From: the human T2T-CHM13v2.0 reference genome, Homo sapiens
Strand: one strand, 5' to 3'
Assembly (NCBI RefSeq): GCF_009914755.1
Contig: NC_060925.1
DNA length: 64,000 nt
The first letter of the stretch is position 1; the number at the start of each line of letters is the position of its first letter. The position numbers and the translations under genes were made by a program. Below are positions 15,629 to 28,408 of this stretch, piece by piece. The notes beneath the pieces are model-generated. The model was given only the letters and a program-made list of their open reading frames with translations. It searched no databases and was not told where the DNA came from.

Positions 15629-16365
15629 TCATTTCTAAGGACCTGAAAAGTTATCCCTTAGAAGAGAGAAGGGGATGTGGCTTCCCCAGGATCTAGCCTC
15701 ATGTTGTCAGTCCTTAACCTGACGCTGCCAAGATAAGGAAGCTTTCCTTCTGATTTTTCGTCAGTATTAGTAGTTCATAGTGAAAGCTTTCTTGCACTTC
15801 TCCTCTGAGAGTTTATGGTTAATTATGCTGTTGGTAAGCTATTACAAATGTCATCATCTACTTTAACTGTTAGGGACCTCTGTTTGGAGAAAGGGGTGGA
15901 AATGAAACTGCCCATAGACTATAACTTCTTAGCAGATGTATTTCTGGTCTTCTCCAAGGATGTGGTTTCTTTTCAGTACTCTCCAGTACTTCTCTCAGCC
16001 TCTTGGGAGGCTGGAGAAAAGGATAAGAAGATGCTTAGTAATATTCAATGTTTTGAACAAGTCTCAAGGACCAGGAATGTGTTTATTGTGCCTTCTTTTA
16101 ATGTTTTGCATGGTAATGGGAATGTTATGGATTCTTGCTGTGGTTCAATTTTCCCACCTGGAGAACATAGATTAGAATTTTTCTCTCCCTTCTTCATACT
16201 ATTGGCTACATGGAACTTTCTAAGAAATCCAAAGATCCAAAGCTTACATATAGGTCATAAGGGAAGAAATGTGTATGTGCACATATGTTAATTCATATTT
16301 AGTATATATATTTTATAAGTTAGCAAACTAAACCAGTGTTTATATTTCACTTTAAATGAGCTCTT

Positions 16366-16794
<429 letters not shown>

Positions 16795-17591
16795 TCAAGC
16801 ATCATTATGATGTGCCACAAAACCCACACGGATGTACACAAAGCTGCCACATCTCAATTTTAAGCCAAAAAAAAAAAAAAAGATAAAAGAAAAAAATACG
16901 AAGAACCCCAAGAACCAAATGATTCATTTAAAAAAATAAATCTGATAAACAAACAGCTAATCCTTCAATGAGCCAGCCTAATAGGGAATTACTGTTTCAC
17001 CTTCTGAATCATATCTGATAATTAGCTAATGGCAATCACCATTCACACCTAACCCAATATAGGGTGTGTGATATGACTGAAGGTGAAATAAGAACTGATA
17101 ATCACAGCAGGATTGAACAGTTAACAAATTGTTCACTTTTGCTTGTTTACATTGCCAAAGCAAATTGCGAGTTTAACAAGTTCTGTTTTAGTTAAGATCT
17201 TTCAAGCTAAAAAGTTGTTCAAGTTTTTCATTTTCACAAATATAATTTTATTTCATAAAATACTAATTTCATTGAGGAGCCAAAGTTAACCAACACTGGA
17301 CTATGCAAATTAGTCAAGATGTAAGATTTAATGTTTCAAAACTAAGAAAACGGAGGCACAATTTACAAATTTGCTAATTATTCTTCCCTTTATCATCCTT
17401 GGATGTGGCTGTACATACTTTTATATAACACATGTGGCATCAGCTGAACCAGGCAGGAAACTGCTTGTTCTAAGTACATTTTTACAACTGTTGTCTCCTG
17501 TCAAGTAAAATTATGAAGAAAAAGTGATTAATGCTGCAATTCACAGAGAAAGTTCTTGACCAAGACACAAGACTCTTGTAGCATTGTCTTA

Positions 17592-17597
17592 TTTATT
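17592..17597 (-). terminator. NMNAT2 polyadenylation signal
   Basis: TTTATT on + (AATAAA on -), followed on - by a GT/T-rich element (gtcttgtgtcttgg). Confidence 0.75.
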
Positions 17598-18222
17598 AAC
17601 ATAATTGAAACATTTTGCATAAAACTCTTGCCCATGACTATTCTAGCAACAAAATTGTACTCAAAATATTTCACTGTGAAATGGTATTGCAACTTGAATA
17701 TCATTTTTTATTAATGAATTGATTTCCATAAAGCAAATCTTACTCTTAAAATGGCAGATTATGTGATCAAAAAGCGATTCAAAAAAGCTTCCCCCTCCTC
17801 ATGCCAACCCTCAAGACCATGTGGATCCAGCTGAATCCTCAGCCCTGGGACTAGACTAAGGTTGAGGGAAAGAGCCGTTAACTCATTCCTAACCAGAACA
17901 GGCTAATAGGACACTCCAAACTCACACTACAAAGAGACCACATGAACAGTCGAGTGTGCTGGGCAGCTATAAGATGGTGCAGACTGGATGAATTTGGCAG
18001 AGCATATTCATCACCATTACTACAATGCTATTCCTAAGGTGTCCTAATTGTATGAGCTACAAAATCGGTCCCTGTTTCCATTCTTCCCATCTCACCTGTT
18101 GGCCCTCCTGCAGTAGGTAGCCTTGGGAGAGATCCTGAGCTTTTCATATTCTACCGTTTTATTTTTGCATTACTGTTTGGATGAGTAAAATGTAATAACA
18201 TGCTTCTCTCTCTTAGTCCCCT

Positions 18223-18228
<6 letters not shown>

Positions 18229-18272
<44 letters not shown>
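18229..18272. repeat. (GT)22 microsatellite in NMNAT2 3'UTR
   Basis: Seen directly. Confidence 0.95.
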
Positions 18273-18273
<1 letters not shown>

Positions 18274-19019
18274 AGTTTGAGGAGAGTAGAATTGGGCTGG
18301 TAAGTACAAGTTTTTTCTCCCTGTAATTCTCTGCCTTTTGCTGTAGTTCAGTTATTATTGAGTCTCACTTTCTACTTAATTTGAACAGCAAGTTCTTTAA
18401 TTCTTTCTGAGAAGCTGGAGCTTGAAACTAGAGAACATTGTTGAAAGGCTGGCCAAGCTGAGACAGGAAGAACGGCGTCTCTAGAAGCTCTAGCTTTGGG
18501 TTTCAGGCACTTCAGTAAGAGACTTTCCCCCTTGTTCCTATGTACATTCAAGGAAAATGAAAGCAAGAAGGCTCTAGAGGCTGCCTGGGGTTGGGGGTGT
18601 GTGACTGAGGTACCCACTAGCAGCACAGCCCTCCCAGAGGACCATTCCTTAAGGACAGAGTTATTGACAAAAAGGGTTTTCCTTCTGCCTGTTCTTACAT
18701 CAGCCACTTTCAGAAAAATGGGAGAGACATTTTTTGCTGGTGAACAGGAAACAAAGCTCCAGACCCCTCTGGACATGATTGTTCCAGTCCATGCCTTTCT
18801 CACAACCTCTGAGCCATGCCAGTCTTGGATTGGGCTTTGCAGGAAGGAACAGGACCCCAGAGACAAAGTCGGGGGGTAGAGGTTATCCTGTTGGCACCTG
18901 GGGCACCACTTCAGACTCTGAATCATCTTTCTGGTATTGACTGTGGCTGGGTCATGGTCACAATGTCCTGTCCTGGATTTAGTTGTGCTGTGACCTTCCC
19001 CTAGCAAATGAAGAGTAGG

Positions 19020-19021
<2 letters not shown>

Positions 19022-19069
<48 letters not shown>
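19022..19069. repeat. (GT)24 microsatellite in NMNAT2 3'UTR
   Basis: Seen directly. Confidence 0.95.
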
Positions 19070-19072
<3 letters not shown>

Positions 19073-21193
19073 GGGGGTAGGGGGTGCGGCGATGGGAATG
19101 GATGATTCTATCCAAAAGAAGATTCACTTTCTTTTTATATTAAATAGGAAACCTGTTTTTAGTACAGTGCCTGTAATCCACAAAGATAAGATCTGCCCCA
19201 CTTCATTCCTAGAAATCTACTTCTATGGCACCTGTTCTTTGTCTTAATTCATCTCACTTTCCCTCCCCACTCCCACATGCTTTCGGACTGCATGCTGAGA
19301 GTGCAGAACCAGCCTCATTCCTTCTCATGGGCTGTAGACCAAATGGGGCTTGACCAGAGCAGAGTGACAGAGTGGACCAAGAAACAAAAGAAATCGAGCC
19401 TTCCTCAGGTCTGCTCACGTGGGTCCCATAAATTCCATCCATAACTCCAAGTCCTTAAACAAGCCATGTTTCCCCAGGAAATTCAGGCACCTGTTTTCCT
19501 TTGTTTCATTTCCTGGCTTATGACTGTTCTGCCTGGACAAGGCTGTTCCATCTTTCGCTCTCCAGCAATAGCATCATCCTGAGCACTCTGTGGGTCTTCC
19601 TTCACCTTCCACAAAGCAACTCTTTCTTGGATTGATGGAGTCCGCTTCTGGGATTTCTTCCAAGCTGCTGAGATCTCTTTATTTCTAAAGGAAACCTAAC
19701 AGTGGCCTTCCTTACTATCACACCCTCCCCTGGGACTGGCATTACCATCCTATGTGTGGAGAGCACCTGGGACAGATATAATTTAAAAGAAAGATGCCAG
19801 GGTAAGGCTTGGGAAGTGTAGAAATCATATGGGCACCTGGTCAGCAACATGAGGAAATGGAGGGTGTGGTGTGACGGCCTAGGGGTCAGGGAAACAATAT
19901 GTTCTTGTCAGGCCCTACACCTGCTGGCTGACCTGGACCAGCCATTTAATCCCATGGGCCTCTGCTCCCTCAACTTTTAAAGGAAAGTGTTGGATCAACT
20001 GAACTCTAAAGTTTTTTTCAGTTTATTATTTCATGATCCCTAGTCAAACACTGATACCCCAAAATAGGATTTTCCTTCCTTCCTCTGAAGATTATTTCAA
20101 AAAATCCAAGAGGAATAACAGACTTTCTGGATGCTGCTCTACCATGTTCTTCTGTTAAATCAAGTTCCTTTTCCCGCAATTGAAGGATGTTGCAGATGTG
20201 AAACGTGTGGTAAAGAACATTGTCTTTGCTTTCAGGTCCCACCTGGCCCTTTCTGGCCGTAGCTGGTACTAGATTTTGATAAAAGTATCCTAATACTCAG
20301 GGACTATTTCTCAAAGACCAGAATCCCAAGAGCCAGAGACTGGATGAGAGACACAAAGCACAAGACAGCAATTTCCTTATGGCTCTCCAAGCAGGACACG
20401 CATGAGACCCTAGTAACCAGAAGCAAAGCTGGCAAAACTGTCTGCAGGAACAGAGAGGAAGGTAGAAAATTAGAGAAAAAAGGAGTGAAGCAACTTAGTG
20501 GCTCCTGACCCCTCCCAGATCTCCCTTCTGGGAACCCACTCCCCTATTAGGGAGATTTTCTCAGACAGTTCCTGCAGCTCCCAGGCTCTGCAGGGGCTAG
20601 AACCAACCACAGAAACAAGACCAAGGCACTGCTTCTCAAGAAGAAACTGACCTCATGCACTGTCTGAGTTACCTCAGCTAGAGAGGGTGAAAATCATCAG
20701 TTATCATCAGGGCAACAAATTGCTTTCTCCTAGTTCATCCTGGACTTACAATATGAAAGAGACATTTCCCAGCCCAACAGACAATACATAATTCCAATTA
20801 GCAAAGACCTCCAGGGTTGAGTGGACTCCTAGTGTTTTTTTGTTTTGTTTTGTTTTTTTATGACACGACTGCACGATGTGGATCTGGTCCTGCCTATGTG
20901 GTTGTTCTCAGGTACAGGAATGTGTCTAAGCATGGCCTCCAAAGGTCCCTTGGAAACCCCTGGCTGGTAGGGAACCCGCACTGTGCCATCAGCTACAGTC
21001 CACAAAGGTAAATGAACAGATGCCACCAGGAAATGAGGATGGACTGGCTCTGTGTGATCATAAGCTCAGAGCATCAGGGAAATGGTCATTTGAAACTAAG
21101 AAAACAGATTCAAATTATTCTGAGAAAACCGACTATTCACAGACTCGTGTCCCAGGTTTCAGAACCCGAAAATCTCACTCCTGATCAAAGGTT

Positions 21194-21293
21194 GCTGCTG
21201 CTGCTGCTGCTGCTGCTACTGCTATATGTGTGTGTGTATGTGCGTGCGCGGGTGCACACGCATGTGTGCGTGTGTGTGTGTGTGCGTGTGTGT
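21194..21293. repeat. (GCT)8-ACT-GCT followed by an imperfect (GT/GC)n tract
   Basis: Seen directly. Confidence 0.92.
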
Positions 21294-21532
21294 GGTGCTG
21301 AAGAAGTGGAGGTTGCTTGGCCTTCTCTACTGGGTGTGGCCCTGATGAACTCACTGAGTGCTGAGGCTGGCTACAATGTCCTATCAGAGGGGAAGTAATA
21401 CCACAGGAGCACATCAAGACTACAAACATAAAGAACCATGGACACTGATTTCATCCAAGTTCTACAGGGAGTGAACAAAGAAAAATAAATAAACAAAAGA
21501 AAGAAAAGAAAAATAGCCCTTTGTAGTAAAGG

Positions 21533-21710
21533 GCATGCTGGGAAGGCAAGAGCCAGAGCCGCCTCCCCAGAGCATGCTGGGAGGAGGGGCACCAGAGCCG
21601 CCTCTCTAGAGCATGCTGGGAGGATGGGCACCAGAGCCGCCTCCCCAGAGCGTGCTGGGAGGATGGGCACCAGAGCCGCCTCTCTAGAGCATGCTGGGAG
21701 ACGGACACCA
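21533..21710. repeat. 39-bp minisatellite, about 4.5 copies, in NMNAT2 3'UTR
   Basis: Unit gcatgctgggaggatgggcaccagagccgcctc(ccc/tct)aga starting at 21533, 21572, 21611, 21650 and 21689. Confidence 0.95.
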
Positions 21711-21977
21711 GTACATCTCCAAGGACTGCACTTCCCCCGACTCCCACCCCATTCCCTCACCCACCCCCAACCCGGAGACTAGAGGAAAGTCTGTCCAAAG
21801 ATGACTGTGGAATAGGGAATGCCATGGTTCTCTGCAGGTCCCCCACACTATGGGGGGTTAAGTCAGCAAGTAGGGAAAACAGTCAAGACGAGGAGATGGA
21901 GAAACAGAGAGGCAGGAGAGAAACAGGGGGCTGACAAAGATGGAGGGGCCATTGTGTTGCCGGAGGACGAGGGGCTG

Positions 21978-22080
21978 CTAGCCGGAGGCATTGATGTACA
22001 GCTGGCTTTTGAGGATGTAGTCGATGACCGGCTGGGACAGGTAATCCACAACATGGCCGTCCCCATGCTGCAGGGCCAGC
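21978..22080 (-). CDS. NMNAT2: NMNAT2 exon 11, coding part (last exon)
   Basis: ttgtgcag|GCTGGCCCTG...GGCTAG; (R)[33 protein letters not shown]. Confidence 0.97.
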
Positions 22081-22523
22081 CTGCACAAGAAGAGATGACA
22101 ATCAGATGGACATCCACACCCAAAGCAAGTCAGGAGGACTGGCATGCCCCTGTCTCCCCAGCACCCCATTTGTAGCCTTTTCTCAGGTTGAGTAAATAGT
22201 TCTGTATTAGGAAAGGCCCTCTTGCCTCCACAACTCCTTCCCCACCTTGGTGACATCATTCATCGTGGTTCTGCCACTTCCTAGGTGAGAGGCCTTGGGA
22301 AAGTTATTTAAGCCCCTCTGTTCTTCAGTTTTTTTCCTGTAAAATGAGGGTAATATCTGGGCCCCTCTCATTTAGTTATTCAAAGGATTAAATGAGTCAT
22401 TATGCAAAGCACTTAGAAGAGTGCCAGACACACAGTGGGCATCTAATGTATTCACTATTCTTTTTTCTCAAATAAATTGTATTGTGTATATTTAAGTCAT
22501 ACAATCTGATGTTGTAAGATACA

Positions 22524-22692
22524 CATATATTATCATCATATAATATAGTATATCTATGTTATATTACATATTTATTATATATTTTATAATTTATATATTA
22601 TACTATATTATATTATTTATATAATAGTGTTAATATTATATTATATTATATTATTTATATAAGTGTTAATATTATATTATTTATATAATATA
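22524..22692. repeat. AT-rich (TA/TTATA)n low-complexity tract
   Basis: Seen directly. Confidence 0.88.
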
Positions 22693-22875
22693 GTTTAATG
22701 GTTACTGTAGTGGACCAAATTAATATTCATATATCCATCATCTCACTCAGATATGTATTTGTTCTTCTTGTGGCGAGAATAGCTATAATCTACTAATTTA
22801 GCAAAAACCCTAAATATAATACACTATTATTAGCTGTCATCCTCATGTCACACATTAGATCTTTCAACTTGTTTG

Positions 22876-23113
22876 TCCTACATATTTGCTACTTTGTATC
22901 CTTTGACCTGTATCTCACCACTTTCTGCCCTCCACACTTGACCCTGGTAATCATGTTTTATTCTCTATCTGTATGTTTAAGATTCCATATATATTCCTAC
23001 ATATTTGCTGCTTTGTATCCTTTGATCTATATCTCCCCACTTTCAGCCCTCCACACTTGACCCTGGTAATCATTGTTTTATTCTCTATCTGTGTATTTAA
23101 GATTCCACATATA
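22876..23113. repeat. 119-bp tandem duplication within the L1 3' end
   Basis: tcctacatatttgct...taagattcca starts at 22876 and again at 22995. Confidence 0.9.
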
Positions 23114-23236
23114 AGTGAAATCATGCAATATTTTTATTTCTGTGTCTGGCTTATGTCACTTGGCAGAATGTCTTCCAGGTCTAGCCAAGTTGTGGCAAGT
23201 GGTAGGATCTCCTTTTTTAAGTCGAATAATGTTCCA

Positions 23237-23241
<5 letters not shown>

Positions 23242-23288
<47 letters not shown>

Positions 23289-23293
23289 TGTGT
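23242..23293. repeat. (GT)n microsatellite
   Basis: Seen directly. Confidence 0.93.
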
Positions 23294-23754
23294 AAGAACA
23301 CATTTTCTTTATCTATTCATCCATTGATGGACGTCTAGGTTGTTTCCACATCTTGGCTACTGTGAATAATGCTACAATGAACTTGGAAATGCAGATACCT
23401 TTACAAGGTGGTGATTTCATTTTCTTTGGGTATATACCCAGAAGAGGGATTGCTGGGTCATATGACAGTTCCGTTTTTAATCTCTTTAGGAACCTCTATT
23501 CTGTTTTCTATAACGGTTGTACCAATCTACATTCCCACCAACAGTGTACAAGGGTTCCCTTTCTCCACACCCTCATCGACATTTGTTATCTCTTATCTTT
23601 TTGATAATAGCTATTCTAATAGGTGTGAGGTAGAATCTCATAATGCCTTTAATTTTTATTTCCCTGGTGATTAGTAATGTTGCGCATCTTTTTATGCACC
23701 TGTTAGCAATTTTTATGTCATCTCTGGAGAGATGTCTACTCAAATCTTCTGGTG

Positions 23755-24073
23755 TTTTGTTTGTTTGTTTGTTTGTTTGTTTGCTTTTTGAGAGAGACAG
23801 GGTCTCACTCTGTTGCCCAGGCTGGAGTGCAGTAGTGAGTCATGGCTCACTGGAGCCTCAAACTCCTGGGCTCAAGCAATCCTCCTGCCTCAGCCTCTCA
23901 AGCAGCTAAGACTTCAGGCACATGCTACCATGCCTGGCTAATTTTTTTTTGGTGGGAAGGGGTAAGGATAGAGACAGGGTCTCACTATGTCTGGAACTCC
24001 TGGCCTCAGGCAATCTTTCCACCTCAGCCTCCCAGCGTGCTGGGATTATAGGTATGAGCCATCACACTGTGCC
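23755..24073 (-). mobile_element. Alu (AluJ-like) inside the L1
   Basis: Antisense dimer with (TTTG)n tail. Confidence 0.88.
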
Positions 24074-24880
24074 CCTTTGCCCAGTTTTTAGTTGAGTAAT
24101 ATGTTTTCTTGCTATTTTGAGTTGTCTAAGTTCTTTATAAATCTTGGATATTAATCCCTATCTGATATATGATTTGAAAATATTTTTTCTCAATCCCTAG
24201 GTTGCCTTTTCATTTTGTTGGTTGTTTCCTTTGCTGTACAGAAGCTTTTTAGTTTGAAGTCCCATTTATTTATTTATTTGCTTTTGTAGCCTGTGCTTTC
24301 AGTGTGGCATCCAAGACATAATTGCCAAGACCAATGTCAAGGAGATTTTCCTTTATGTTTTCTTCTGTTTTTGTTTACTGTTTCAGATCTTACACTTAGG
24401 TTCTTTATCCATTTTGAGCTGATTTTTGTGACTGGTGTGAGATAAGGTCCAATTTCATTCTTTTGCCTGTAGAAATCCAGTTTTTCCAGCACCATCTATT
24501 GAAGAGACTGTCCTCTCTTTATTGTGCTTTTTTGGTACCTTTGTCAAAAATCAGTTGACCATATATGTTTGAATTTATTTCTGGGCTCACTATTCGGTTC
24601 CACTGCTCTATGTGTCTGCTTTTATGCCAGTACCATACTGTTTTGATTACTACAGCTTTGTAATATAATTTTAAATGAAGAAGTGTGATGCCTCCAACTT
24701 TTTTTTTCTCATAATTGCTTTGGCTATTCAGGGTCTTTTGCAGTTCTGAGCACATTTTAGGGTTGATTTTTCTATTTCTGTGAAGTATGAATGCTGCCAT
24801 TGGGATTTTGATAGGTATTTCATTAAATCTTTATATTTCTTTAGGTAGCATGGACATTTTAGCAATATTAACTTTTCTGA

Positions 24881-25298
<418 letters not shown>

Positions 25299-25461
25299 TG
25301 TCTAACTGCTATTGATAGTACTTTCAGTACTTTGCTGAATGGAAGTGGGAATAGTGGGCATTCTTGCTTTATATCAGGTCTTAGAGGAAAAGCTTTCATT
25401 TTCTCCCCATTGATTATAATGTTAGCTGTGGGTTTTTTAAAAAAAATAAAATAAATTGCCT

Positions 25462-25775
25462 TGCCGGGAGTGGTGGCTCACGCGTGTAATCCCAGCACTT
25501 TGGGAGGCTGAGGCAGGCAGATCACGAGGTCAGGCGTTCGAGCCCAGTCTGGCCAACATAGCGAAACCCTGTCTCTACCAAAAATACACAAAAAATTAGC
25601 TGGGCATGGTAGTGTGTGCCTGTAATCCCAGCTACTTAGGAGGCTGAGGCAGGAGAATCACGTGAACCCAGGAGGCGGAGGTTGCAGTGAGCAGAGATTG
25701 TGCCACTGCACTCCAGCCTGGGTGACAGAACCAGACTCCATCTCAAAAAAAATAATAAAAAAATTAAAAAATTTA
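25462..25775 (+). mobile_element. Alu inside the L1
   Basis: Sense dimer. Confidence 0.93.
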
Positions 25776-26110
25776 AAAAATGGCCTTCGTTATGTTGAGA
25801 AACTTTCCTTCTATATTTAAACTGTTAAGAATCTTTATCAAGAAAGGATGTTGAACTTTGTCCAATGCTTTATCTGCATCAATTGATATGGTCATGTGGT
25901 TTTATCTTTCAGTCTATTTATGTGATGTATCACACTGACTGATTTGCATATGTTAAACCAGCCTTGTGTGCCAGGGATAAATCCTACTTGATCATCATGT
26001 ATAAGCTTCATGTTGTGTTGTTGAATTCAATTTGCTAATGTTTTATTGAGGACTTTTACATCAATGCTCATCAGAAATATTGGCCTACAGTTTTCTTTTC
26101 TTGTGGTGTC

Positions 26111-26387
26111 TTTTTTTTTCTGTTGCCCAGGCTGGAGTGCAGCAGCGCATGATCTCAGTTCACTGCAACCTCTGCCTTCTGGGTTCAAGTGATTCTTCTG
26201 CCTCAGCCTCCCAAGTAGCTGGGATTACAGTCACGTGCCACCATGCCTGGATAATTTTTGTATTTTTAGTAGAGATGGGGTTTAACCATATTAGCCAGAC
26301 TCATCTTGAACTCCTGACCTCAAGTGATCGATCTGCCTTGGCCTCCCAAAGTGCTAGGATTACAGGCATGAGCCACTGTGCCTGGCC
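26111..26387 (-). mobile_element. Alu inside the L1
   Basis: Antisense dimer. Confidence 0.92.
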
Positions 26388-26496
26388 TCTTTGGTGTCTT
26401 TATCTGGCTTAGGTATCAAAGGCGATGCTGGCCTCGTAGAATGTGCTAGGAGGTATTCCTTCCAGCTGTATTTCTTTGAAGAGTTTAAAATGTATA

Positions 26497-26823
<327 letters not shown>

Positions 26824-27702
26824 TCAGCTCTGAAGTCATCTGGTCCTGGGCTTTTCTTTGTTGGGAAGTTTTTAATTACTACTTCAATCTATTTGTTATT
26901 GGTCTGTTCAGGCTATTCCTGATTCAATCTTGCCAGATTATCTTTTTAAAGGAATTTATCCCTGCCCTCTAGGTTACCAAATTTGTTTGCATATAATTGT
27001 TCATAATAATTCCTTATGATCCATCTTATTTCTGAGACATCTGTTATAATGTCTACACTTTCATTTCTGATTTTATATATTTGAGTCTTTTTTTCAGTCT
27101 AGATAAAGGTTTGTCAATTTTGTTTTTTTTTTTCAAAAAACCAACTCTTCATTTTATTAATTTTTTCTATGGTTTTTCTATTCTCTATTTAGTTTTGCTC
27201 TAATCTTTATTATTTCCTTCCTTTGGGTTTAGTTTGTTCTTCTTTTTCTAGTTCCTTAAGGCATAATGCTAGGCAATTTATTTGGGGTCTTTCTTCTGTT
27301 TTAATGGGAGCAATTATTGTTAGAAGCTTTCCTCTTAGAACTATCCTTAGTTTATCCTTTTGGGTTCCTCTGCATGCTGGCCTCAAGAGTATGAATTCTC
27401 TTCCAGGGATTTTTGGGATTCACTGCATCTTTTCCTTCCTACAGGAGCCCATGGAGGAGAGGCACCAACAGGTATAAAGGACTCCAGTGACACATTTTGG
27501 CTTCTGCACAGTTTTTTTCCAGCCTTGGTCTGCCTACTTCCTGTTCTCTCCTAACACAATAGTCTAGGTGTCAGACCCAAACGAACTATTTGTAAAAATT
27601 CATATACGCCTCCACATACGTAGATTCTAAAAGGCATCTGAGCCCTGCCTGTGAGATCTCACTGGAGACCAGCTCACTGCCTTTCAATGCATGCACTGCC
27701 CT

Positions 27703-28408
27703 TGAAACCACCTTTGCAAAATTATGACTGAGGCAGTGAAAGAGATCTAACTTAACCGACTCCATCTTGCTTCTAACCTCCAAGCTGTCCTTGTTCCTGG
27801 TGTAGGCTGAACTAACTTCAGGAGAAACTTAGTTTATAGTTTATAGTTTGGGAGAAACTTAGTTTATAGTTTAAAAAAGAGGACAACAGCCCTTTCCCAA
27901 AGCAGACCTCCTTCTTGCCTAGGGACTAGATTGACTTTGTAGGACTAACATTAGCCACAAGTTTAGAAATTACGGTTTAGGAGTCATGCAGCTGAAGGCT
28001 ACAAGATCTGACCCTCCCTAAACTGCTCCTAAGATCAGTGTTTGCAATATTTTGTAGACCCTGCACTTGATGGACCAGCTGGCACCACCCAGATCAATAA
28101 ACTGGCTTATTTGAATTTGCGGCCCCCCACCCAGGAACTGACTCAGTGCAAGAAGACAGCTTCGACTCCCTGTGATTTCATCTCTGACCAATCCGCACTC
28201 CTGGCTCACTGGCTTCCCCAACCCATGAAGTTTTCCTTAAAAACTCTGCTCCCGAAATGCTCAGGGAGACTGATTTGATAACAATAAAACTCTGGTCTCC
28301 CGCACAGCCGGCTCTGCGTGAATTACTCTTTCTCTATTGCAATTCCCCTGTCTTGATGAATCTGCTCTGTCTAGGCAGCGAGCAAGGTGAACCCCTTGGG
28401 TGGTTACA
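27703..28408 (+). mobile_element. Solo ERV1 LTR, LTR8-like
   Basis: TG...CA ends (TGAAACCACCTTTGCAAAATTATGACTG ... GGGTGGTTACA); perfect CCCT TSD at 27699-27702 and 28409-28412; AATAAA at 28283-28288. Confidence 0.85.

Larger units (their letters stand above)
17575..21977 (-). other. NMNAT2: NMNAT2 3'UTR (about 4.4 kb)
   Basis: Alu-free stretch between stop codon and AATAAA; 3' end approximate. Confidence 0.75.

Noticed and set aside
15815-16291. 158-aa ATG-initiated intergenic ORF
   Set aside because: No recognisable homology, promoter or splice context; consistent with a chance ORF.
21533-21710. Regularly spaced repeats resembling a CRISPR array or a 13-aa repeat protein
   Set aside because: Head-to-tail units with no unique spacers, human context and no cas genes; the ORFs arise because 39 is divisible by 3.
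24519-24800. L1 ORF2-like ORF as an active element
   Set aside because: Short, degenerate, 5'-truncated and interrupted by several Alus.
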